A stretch of 64,000 nt of DNA from Lytechinus pictus (lineage: Eukaryota): assembly GCF_037042905.1 (NCBI RefSeq), contig NC_087252.1:17300001-17364000 (forward strand). Direction: 5' to 3'. Below, one piece after another: positions 35,701 to 47,700 of this stretch. Under the pieces are notes generated by a model. That model was not told the origin of the DNA. It did not search any database and was given only the letters and a program-made list of their open reading frames with translations. The position numbers were made by a program, and so were the translations under genes. Numbering within the stretch: position 1 is the stretch's first letter; each line of letters begins with the position of its first letter.

Positions 35701-38700
35701 TAGTGTGTGGGTGAATGTAGATGCTTTATTTCGAAAACCTATTGTCCATGCACGCTACTTTTTATTATGTGGTGTTTTCTTCTTGATTGATTTTTTTCTA
35801 ATCTTTTTGTATTCTAGCTGTATATTTTAGGAGAAGGCCACTGTTTATACAGAGGGACGGTAGCTAACCTGGTTCCCTACCTGCATTCCATGGGTTTCGT
35901 ATGCCCTCCATATCATAACCCGGCCGATTTTGGTAAGATGATGTTAGCGTGTGTTGGAGTGGGTTTGTCGCAGACCTGCCAACCAGTACGTTTTAGCCGT
36001 ATTTAGTACGTTTTTACAACCAAAATACGGCAGTACGTTTTTTCTTTGAAATATATGGTTTTTGTTTTTTTTTACTAAATCGTAATTTATTGAGAAAAAT
36101 AATCTCTATATGTCTCTATTTCATAAAACGTACACAAATATGGTTATTAGATCAATGTAATTTCAGGTAACTTATTTTTTTTCAATCATTTTGTTAAAAC
36201 CAGGGCGAAGATATACACATGTTTTAATGTTAGTTTTTTTTCATCTGCAAGAGCAGTGCGCATTTTAGCTTGCATGCAGCTTGAACGCCGCGATGAGCGA
36301 GTGCGCCAAGCATTTTATTATGAAATACACTTTTTTGGGGAAAAATACATTTTTTTTATCACAGAATACAGTTTTCCATTCCCAGAGGTTGGCAGGTCTG
36401 TTGTCGGGGTCGAGGACGGATAAATGTGTGATGTTTATCCTCATTGCATATAGGAATGGGAAAAAAAATTAATAGGTGATTCAAAATGCCTTCAGCAGAT
36501 TGGCTATTTATGCTCAACTTGTCATAATTTTTTTAAGATGATGTTGGTGGATGTGGGAGTATGTGTATCTGTGAGTGTGGGTGTTAGAGATATTAGGGGG
36601 TAATGGTAATAATCTAATTTCTTATAGGAAGGGGGGGGGGATTTCGATTCAACATTCCTCCAACCCATTGGCTAAATATGCCCACCATATTATAACTCAG
36701 CTGATTTTAGTAAGGTGTTAGTGGGTGTGGGAGTAGGTGTGTGTGTGTGAAGGAGAAAAGGGGGCAATTGCAATCTTCATTGCTAATATAGGAATAGGAT
36801 TGTTATGGGATTCGGGATACCTTCAACCCATTGTCTATGTATGCCCACCTTAGAACCCAACTAATTTATGTGAGATAATTTTAGTATGTGTGGGAGTGGG
36901 TGTTTGTGGGAGAGATTGGAGGGTAATGGTAATCCTCATTTCTTATAGGAATGGGGGGGGGGGTATTGTGATTCGATATTCCTCCAACCCTTTGGCTATG
37001 TATCCCCACCTTATTATAATGCAGTTGATTGTGGTAAGTTGATGTTTGTGGGTGTGGAAGTGGGTGCGTGTGGGAGTTTAGGGTGTAATGGGAATCCCCG
37101 TTGCTTATATGAATGGTAATCCATATTACTTATATTATTCATTATTAGGAATGGGGGGGGGGGAATTGTGATTCAATATTTATCCAACCCTTTTGCTATG
37201 CATGCCCAGTATTATAATGCAGTTGATTGTGGTAAGTTGATGTTGGTGGGTGGGTGTGTGTGTTTGTATGGAAGATTAGGTGATAATGTTAATACTTATT
37301 GCATGTAGAAAAGGGAAAACGTATGTGATTCAGTATGCTTTCAACAAATTGGCTATTGATGCCCACCATATCATAACCCAGCTGATTTCGGTAAGATGAT
37401 GTTAGTGGGTGTGGGAGTGGGTGTGTTGGGTGAGATTAGGGGGCAATTGTAATTTTCATTGCTTATACATGTATGAATAGGATTATGTGATTCAGAATAC
37501 CTATAACCCATTGGCTATGTATGCCCACCTTAGAACCCAACTAATTTGTGTGAGATAATTTTAGTATGTGTGGGAGTGGGTGTTTGTGGGAGAGATTGGA
37601 GGGTAATGGTAATCCTCATTTCTTATAGGAATGGGAAAACTTATGTGATTCAATATGACCTACATGTATAACAAAATGGCTATTTATGCCCACCATATTA
37701 TAACCTAGCTTATTTTGGTATGATGATGTTAGTGGGTGTGGAAGTGGGTGCGTGTGGGAGGTTAGGGTGTAATGGGAATCCCCATTGCTTCTATGAATGG
37801 GAAACAAATCTTGTGATTTTAAATATACCTTCAACAAATTGGCTATATGACATCATACCATAACCCAGCTGATTTTGGTGAGATGATAATAGTGGGTGTA
37901 TGTGGGAGGTTAGGGTGTAATTGTAATCCCCATTATATGAATGGGGAAAAAAAAATTGTGATTAAATATACCTTCATTCAATTGGCTATATGACATCATA
38001 CCATAACCCAGCTGATTTTGGTGAGATGATTTTAGTGGTAGTGGGTGTTTGTGGGATGTTAGGATGCAATGGTAATCCCCATTGTATGAATGGGGAAAAA
38101 ATTGTGATTAAATATAACTTCAACCAATTGGCTATGTGACCATCATACTTTAACCCAGCTGATTTTTGTTATCTGATGTTTGTGGGTGTGGGAGTGTTTG
38201 TGTGTGGGGGAGAGAGAGATTAGGGGGTAATGATAATCCACATTTCTAACATAAATTGGGGGGGGGGGATTGTGATTCAATATGCCTTCAACCCATGCCC
38301 ACCGTACTATAACGCAACTGATGTTTTTGTAACATATTAGTGGGTGTGGAAGTTGGTGTGTGTGGGAGGATTAGGATGGTATTGGTATTGTTTATTGCTT
38401 AAATAAGTAATGGGAACTTTTTTATGTGATTCAATATACCTTCAAATGGCTATGTATGCCCATCATATTATAACCCAGTCGATTTGGTGAGATGATGTTT
38501 ATAGTGGGTGTGGGTTTGTGTGGGGGAGGGATGAATGGGTCATGTTTATCCTAATTGCTTTATAGGAATGGGGAGGGGGGGGGGGGCTTTTGTAATTTAA
38601 TTAACTTTCATCCAACCCTAACCATAACCTGGCTGATTTTGATAAGATGATATTAGGGGGTGTGGGTGTGTGTGTGTGCATAGGATTAGGATAGTAATGG

Positions 38701-41700
38701 TAATCTTCATTGCTTATAGGAATAGGACGAAATTTCTATGTGATTCAGTATAACGTCAACCCATTGCCTATGTATCCAAACCACCTTATAACCTGGATGA
38801 TTTTGGTAAGGGGATGTTAGTGGGTAAGGGAGTGGTGTGGGAGGATTAGGATGGTAATGTTTATTGCATAAGAAATGGGAAAAAAATTTATGTGATTCAG
38901 TATGACTTTAGAAAATTGGCTATGTATGCCTACCATACTATAACCTGGTTGATTTTGGTTAGGTGACGTTAGTGGGTGTGTGAGTGTATGTGGGAGGATT
39001 AGGATTGTATTGGTAATGTTTATTGCTCTAGGAATGGGATTTTTTATTTTTATTCAATATGCCTTCAACCATTTGGCTATGTATGTCCACCAAAGGATTT
39101 TTGTAAGATGTCAGGATGTGAATGTGTGTGTGGGAGAGGGGATGATTTTCATTTCTTATATAAGTAAGAAGTTTGTCATCTGTTTCACTATGCTTTCAAC
39201 CAATTCAACCAATTAGCAATGTCCAATCATAACACAGCTGGATCAGCGTGTGTGGGTGTGTATGTTCGTGTTCAGTGCTGATATGAATAAGCAGTTTGTA
39301 ATCTGTTTCACCATGCCTTCTCCTCATTGGTTAAATACTTGTATGTCCAACATATCACAAACCCAGCTGCTTTTGGCAAGATGGTGTAAGTGGGTGTGTG
39401 TGTGCACTGGTGTGTGTTTGAATGTTGATACTCAGTGCTCATTGCTTTTATATGGATGGAAAGTTTGTTATCTGACACACTTTGCCTTTAACCTCAATTC
39501 TCCTATACAGCTAGAGTATTTATGCGGATCGATCATTACTGCGGATCTATCATTACTAATTTTTGTAAGGTGGGTGTGGTGTGGGTGTGGGGTATGTTGA
39601 TCCTCATTGCTTTAAAGTATACTAAAGTTTTTGCAACAACTGAGGATTTAATGAGAGAGTGTTTAAAATTTAGATTAAAGGTAAAAGACAGAAGTTGCAG
39701 CAAACAATTATTTCATGAGAAAGTCTTTTAATTTTAAATCAAGTCTAAATTAAATTAAGTCTGATTACACTAAAATAATGAATTAATCCTCTCCTTCTAC
39801 ATCTCTCCCGTCACAGTCATAGAACTTGCCTCTGGTGAATATGGCACAGCTGTGGAGCAACTAACCAAAGCAGTAGAGGACGGAGAATGTGAGAGGTTCA
39901 GTAGTCACACCAGCCAATCATCGATACAGGGAGCATGCGGGGGCGTGGCCGTTGCTAATGGCAACTCACATACCAACAACGGCATGGCAACAGTGGTGAT
40001 TCAGGAGCCGGATGGGATCAGCACCAAAATAACGACAGTAGGTCCTGTATAAACTAGGAACATTTTACACAGGGTTGTTAAAATTTATGCATTCACAATA
40101 CAGCACAACCAATGTTTAATTTAATGAGAGGCCTAATTTTTTTCCTTGCAGATCAACAGCTATTTCCCATGAGTGAGGATTACACAATTTATGAAAATTT
40201 ATGTGAACGATGAGTCCCAAGCGCCTATGGGAGAAAATTAGGACTCATCAGGAGAAATAGCAGTGATATCTTAGGGAGACTAGTATTGAACACTGAAAAG
40301 ACTTTGCTATTTTGACACATAAGAAGACTAGGGGAAGGGGGCTAATTCATCCCTCATATAATCTTGGCCATCGACTGCTCAAAAATTGGGACATGCGTTG
40401 CCCATGGCATAGAACCGTATGCTCAAATTCTTTGAAAATTGTCACTACTAATTATCCTTAATAATTTATGTGTAAAATCAAATGTTTGTTCCAATTTCTC
40501 AAATTGGGCCCCATATTGCTTATCTTCTATTCACAGAGTCTTTGTAGGAAGTTTTGATTTTATGCATTTCTTTGTTTTATGAATTTTTTGTATTGTTTTT
40601 TGATAAAAATTGCAGTTGACATTATTCTGACCATAATGAAGAAATAAATAAAGTTTTATCAGTAAAAGTAGAAATGATCATACATTTATGAATTTTGGTT
40701 AAAAACTCAATTTGCACTGGATTTGTCAATGAATTCACATTTTTGAGCAATTTTGGGTCTGACATGCACTTATGAAATGTTGTGTAATTTCGGAACCATA
40801 TACCTGGGGTCGCAAATATGGGGTAAAATTGTTTATGAAACATCTATTTTTCAGACATTAGGGGGAAAATGTCCCAAATCAAGAAAATAAAAAAATTGAA
40901 AATCAGATTTGCTTTCTTTCATCAGTGGACACCAGAGCTTTTCATGAGGTAAAAAATATATGACAATTGAATTCTTTTATTTGATCAACTTGATTCACAC
41001 CAACGAACGTAGAGGGCAGCAACACACAAGCGTGTTGCTATAAGGAAGGTCAACTCGATACGCGCATGCAGCTGAGCTGCGCGCGTATTTTATTGTTCAT
41101 GCCAACGAAATCAAATGCCGATCCAATACAACAACAAATTAGTAGCGATCAAAAAACGAATATGAAAGAAAATTACTACAACAATATCAAAGATAACTTT
41201 AAAAATATGTTGAGGAATATACATACATATAAAAACATACTTTGATATTTAAAACTTTACAAATATAAGTTTCAGGAAACTAAAATCATTACCAAATCGG
41301 TGATTGTTGTTATCAGCGATTTCACCAGACGGCTGTATTAGGTGATTTGCGTCGAGACGATTTTGTGACCACTCGCGAAGCATTTCGGGATTGAATATAA
41401 CCACCTTATTTTCTCTGAGCTCTTCGCTGAACCCATCATCACAGTGCAGCTGCTAGCGCAGCGCGCAGCCAATGCAATGCATCCGATGCATGGGTTGTTT
41501 TTTCGCCGTCCATGCCATGGTCTCGGACTCAGAGTTGAAATTTAGACCCGGATTTCGGGGATACAGCGCCTTTATTTCAGATTTATAGACTTAAAAGTCA
41601 AATGACATTTAAAATTTGAAATCTAACCTTGAATAATCATCGTTGATAAACATCAGCCCTGAAGCCATTACACTTCAAATCAGGCCAGGCAAATTAGACG

Positions 41701-44700
41701 TCATTGTCTAAGTTGCTAGATCTATGACGAGTCGCCTGAAGCCCCAGCGCATCATCAACGTCACTAGCTAGCTGCGCGACCGGCCCAGACTCGGCGCACC
41801 CAGGCCAGAAAAATGACCTCGATTATTACGGTGGTTGTCTATGCATTTATTAGTGGTGCAGCGAAATTCAGCAGAAGAAAATAAGAGATATGAGGTATCC
41901 TCGTCACAGGCTTAATATTCCAAAATGAGGAAAAATGTCAAAATCATGATTATTTAAGCTAAATATTTTCTTTAAAAATAAAAGTAATATTTTTAATATT
42001 TATACCCAGAATAACCGATCTAATAATTGTTCATTAAAAAATATTTGAAATTAACAAATGAAAAAAAATCAACTCGACAAATTTCCCAAAACCCCACCTT
42101 ATTTTTTAAAGTGGTCACAAAATTCGAGCGGAGTTGACCTTCCTTAGAGCAACACACTTGTGTGTTGCTGCCCTCTACGTTCGTTGATTCACACTATTCA
42201 TTCATTCATATTTAGTTTATTGTTATTGTTCTGATTTATTTATTGCAGAATTTCAAGTTGTTTTTTTTACATTTCATCAAGCAATATTACTATTGAGGAA
42301 TATATCCTTTTGTTTATGCAGGCAGAGAACAAATTACCAGACTTTTTTACGACAAGTTTTGGAACAGACGTCTTCATGCAGTTTTGGGTTCTATTCAAGA
42401 GAACATTCATCACCATCTTCAGGGATCCTGTAAGTAGGATGATGGTGGTGATGATGATGATGATGTTTATGATGATGATGATGATAATGGTTGTGATGGT
42501 GATGATGTTTAAGAAGATAGTGATGATGGTGATAGTGAAGGTGGTGATGATAATGAGGGTGATGATGATGATAATGGTGACGGATGATGTTGATGATGAT
42601 GACAATAGTGATTGTGGTGTTGATGGTGATGATGAAGGTCATTATGATGATCTTGATCATGATGATGGTGATGATTGTGATGGTGATGATGATGATGGTG
42701 GTGGAGATCGTGGGTACGGTGATGATTGCAGAGTTGGTGGGGATGATGATTGTGAGGATGCTGATGGTGATGACGATTATGATATTGGTGATAATAATGG
42801 CAATGATGATGCTGATGATCATGCTGAGGATATTGATGAAAATGATGATTATGATGATGATAATGATGAGGATGATTATGATGGTGACGGTGGTGATAAC
42901 ATTTATGTTAGTAATGATCATGATCAGGAGGATAATGATGCTCATAACGATCATTATTGTCATGATCATGATGACAATATTGTCATGTACATCTTTCATC
43001 AATTCCTTATTCTCATCTTTCCCTTTCCTTTCCAGACTCTGACTCACACCCGATTCTCCTCACATGTAGTAATAGGAGTCTTAATCGGCCTTCTCTATCT
43101 TGATATTGGTGACGATGCAGGCAAGGCATTCAACAATGCCGGCTTCTTGTTTCTTTCTATGCTCTTTCTAATGTTTTCTGCAATGATGCCTACAGTATTA
43201 TCATGTAAGTGTGAACATCCTTCTCATAGTATTCATATCATTGTCCCACGCACTTCATTTAGTGTTGCATTTCATTGAAAAATTCTTATCTGACAGTTTT
43301 TTCAGACATCTGATATCTGTTTCATAAAAACTTGTTATAGTAACAAACACACCATTTTTATAACAAGTTTCATATCAATCAATCATATAAAATGGTTTCA
43401 GTAGCTTTAAGCTGTTATTGCAACTTGTTATTATTAATTTTTTTTTTTTTTACGGATGACAGACCCATCTTTTCATCGGCCGATTCTTTGATTCTCTTGA
43501 AAATGAAATTTAACGTTTTCCCTTCCTGTTTGTTGTTCTGTTATAAAATACTGAGAGTTCAGTACCGGCCTGACAGAAAAGATGTCAAGTGTTAAGAATG
43601 CCCTGACATTGGTCCCTGTTACAACTGGTAATATTGAGGCGATATATAATATCACCACAATGTGTTATTTACATCTTGGATCAACGTTTGACATTATAAT
43701 CTGAAAGATGTGACTGGACCTACATGTACTCTTAGCACTCTGTATTAAAGCGCTCAGTGCTTCTGTGCGGCCGGTACTGTTATTTACCCATTCACTGTAA
43801 AGGCATCGCATGAATGCTTCCATTATATTCTGTTGTAGTGTTAATGCTTCAAATGCTTTTGAAAAAAAAGTCATTATCTAGCTCCACTTCCTTGCTGATT
43901 TTCTGTAAAAAACACAAGAGATAAGCATTTTTGTTTAAACCTCACTTTTCATGCCTGTAGGTAGTATTTTACGAAGAATTTGTAAACATATTTACAAAAG
44001 AATTAGCTTGAACAAGACATGTTTTCCCCATTCCTGACACCATATTTTTCGTGACTGAGTGGAAAATTAACGCAGATCGCACCGTGTGCACATCTCAAGC
44101 TAGAGTAAACTCTGAACTTCATAACCTTTTTCTCCGTATTATTTGGAGCTCTCACTGAATTTCTTCTTCTTTCAATCAAATATTTGTGTGGGTTATTGTT
44201 GATCAACTTTAATAAATTATACATCATTTTAAACTTAGGATGTGGTTTTTTAAGTGACTATGAAGGATAAATGAGAGTGTGCTTTTGAAGCTCAGCAATG
44301 ATCGTATAACAATTTTTTATGATTGATTGCATTGATTACAATGTACAATTAATCATCAAAATCAAGCATACGATTGATCGCTAACCTTTGTGTCACGGGA
44401 CTCTGGAGGTTTCCATGGTGAAGGGTGATTCGATGGGAGTGGCTTCACAGTTAACCATGTGGTTTCTTATGATGAATCACATAAAACATTAATCTGTACA
44501 AATTGGCAGATAATATGCAAATCAACTGGTTTCAATTGGATCCAGTTGAGTAACTGGAAAAATTTCCAATTGGAAACGAATTTGAAGTCATTTCCACTTA
44601 CCCAACTGGATCCAGTTAGGATTTCCAGTTACCCAGCTGGTTTCAGTAAGGATTTCCAGTTATTCAACTGGTTCCAATTAGAAGTCATTTCCAGTTGGAA

Positions 44701-47700
44701 GTCATTTCCAGTTACCCAACTGGTTCCAGTTAGAAGTCATTTCCAGTTGAAAGACATTTCCAGTTACCCAACTGGTTCCAGTTAGAAGTCATTTCCAATT
44801 GGAAGACATTTCCAGTTTACTCAACTGGTTCCAGTTAGGATTTCCAGTTGCCCAACTAGTTCCAATTGGAAATTGTTACATTCCAGTTAAAAACCAATTG
44901 AAACCAGTTGAAACCAATTGAAACCAGTTGGAAATCCAACTGGTTTCAATTGGATTTTGCTCCTGGGTAGGCATATGCTTGGTCCTGGAAAGGACTCTAT
45001 CCATTCTTGACATTTCTGCAAGTATGTATTTCTTGGCCATTTTAATAGGAATGTACATATATTCACTTACTTGTATCTCTCCGACTTATTTTATTTCCAG
45101 TTCCACTCGAGATGAATGTATTAATCCGAGAGCATCTCAATTACTGGTACAGCCTCAAGTCGTATTACATCGCTAAAATGATGGCCGATCTACCATTCCA
45201 GGTAAGGTTAAAGGTCATGTCCACCAAAAACAGAAAGTGTTCTGAATAAATACAGATCAATCAAACAAGAATAGCTCTAAAATGTAATTAAAAATGGAAG
45301 TAAAATATTAAGGCTATGTTATTTTAAAGTTTCACTTGATTTCAGAACACAGTTACAAGCACAAACCGTAGAGCATTACCAATGTCATCTGAATAGTTAT
45401 CAGACAACTTGCCATGATTCTGATTGCCTTAGAAGCACAAAATGAATGTCTTCAGGTTATGATGGTAATTGCCAGATAATTTGCCAGGTGAAAGGTTTGG
45501 CAAGTCTTTTTGTGAAATGCTCTTCTGGTCAGTTTTGATATTCATAAAATTCAAATTGCAATTCTAATGTACTACGTAAATCACAACTTAGCACCCCTTA
45601 ATATTATTGATCTACGTAAATATAATAAAGACTACCATCAATACAATACTCGTTCCAACTCTAAATTCCATTATCCTGTAGCATTCAATCAATCAACCCT
45701 TAATTCATTTAAATCCACTGGTCTTCGAATATGGAATTCCCTCCCTTCCAATGTAATTTCTAGCACAAATGTTACTGCATTTAAAACAAAACTCAAAAGT
45801 TCACTTGTAATTGTGTATGCCTATTAATCACATAATTCATTTCCACACCCTTTTCCTGACCCCCCTCCCCTGTAGGTTTACCGTCTTATTTCCTATGTAT
45901 TGTTTGTATTTATTATTGTTACCTTTTAACTTTTATGTACGTTTATATATGTATATGTATTGGGTGTCCCACTCATCAAGCTTTTGCTTTTAGGGGCACC
46001 CTAATCATTTAAACTATACTGTACTGTACATTCATGTATGATTTTGTATATATTTTGGTTTGTATATTGATTTTTTAAATGATTGAATAAATGAATTGAA
46101 TTGAGTATGCTTATGACATTCCCATCCTTCCTGAAATGTTTGTCTCGATGTGTTATTTTAAGTCTGGGAATTTTGCAAAGCTCTCATATTATGGTGGCTT
46201 GAGCAGTATGAAACAGAAACAGACGGGTTGGATGTAAAATCAGTTTTTCATAAAACTGCCCAGCAGAGTACAAAGTCGCAAGGGCTAAATAACCAAGCAT
46301 TATTAACATAGAAGCCCCCCACCCCCCAAAAAAAATGAAAATAGATAAAAATGAAATAAAATAAATAAATAAGTAAATAAATAACTGAATAAATAATTAA
46401 ATAAATGAATAGGAAAGTTTGAAATTAAAAGTAAATAAAAATAAGAATGAATAACTGAAAAAAATGTTATGTTGAACTAGAAAGCAGTTCATACATATTT
46501 TTTGTTGGATAACTTTTCAATTTAACTTGATTTCAATTTTCTTTAAAGCACAGATCTCACTTACATGTGTTGCTTACTAGTTACTATGGTAACTGCCAGA
46601 TTGAATCGATAGGGGCTTTCATGAAACTCTCCCCTGTATAACCACTTGACTGCTTTAGGCTGTAATGCGCACTGACCCCCCTGGTGCTACTGAATGGGAC
46701 TAACATAACAAGTTAGATCTTTTTGGGACTACAACCGACAGCAACTTGGGGGAAAGATTGTAAATAATCACATCACTTTCCTCATCACTATTTCCAATAT
46801 CCATACAAAAAAAATCATCCTCCCCTTCTGAAACAGATCTTTCAATAAATTTATTACTCCTATCGTCTAAAGTTTCGTCAAAATCCTTTCGATTCACTTC
46901 TCCATTGCGAGTCGCCATTTTGAACTGAGCGCCGTACACTATCACTATGGAAAAGTGAATACAAATATTTATAAATCACTGCAAAAGTTTCAATAAATTT
47001 TGTGGAATAGCGCCATCTGGTGACCATAGTCTGCAATTTGATATACCTGCGCTGTTTTTATCCTAGGGGTATTAACAGCGCGGTGCTGACGCCTCAAACA
47101 GAAGATAGGTCAAGCACGTAATATTACGTGCCCCGCACAGATCGTACACTCGCCCAGCACGTAATATTAGTCAAGTGGTTAAATAATCAATTTCTCCCAG
47201 TGTTCAATTTAATGTCTTTCATGATATTTTCGTATTTACAGTGTTGATCAAAAGTTAGTGAGCATCACCAGAAAATGAACATATTCAAAGTCTTCAAATT
47301 CGGCCATGTTTTTTTTATTTAATTCTGAAATCATATAATAAAATATTACATTCAATAAAGTTTGTTTCTGTGGGCTCATCGAACATTGTAATATTGATGT
47401 CTGCATTCAACACTGAACATGAAGTTCATTTTGTGGTTGGGTTCACTAACTTTTGAGCACAACTGTATATACTTCCTATATTTTAAACTAAAACTTGAAA
47501 TAACTGCACACAACCCAAACTTGAACAAGATTTAACATATGCTCCACTTTAATTGTTATTTTCCCTCTAGATCTTAATGCCTGCTGTATACTGTACAATC
47601 GTCTATTGGATGACGGGTCAGCCATCGGATGGCGGTAGATTCCTGTTATTCATCTCCATGGCAATATCAACGTCACTGGTTGCACAGTCGTTAGGATTAA

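Noticed and set aside
36401..39615. Dscam-like cluster of mutually exclusive coding exons
   Set aside because: Units include only the 3' half of exon F, vary in length by non-multiples of three and contain homopolymer indels; not intact alternative exons.
42267..43047. Minus-strand 112- and 218-aa ORFs and the plus-strand 152-aa ORF
   Set aside because: Alternative frames of the GAT repeat.
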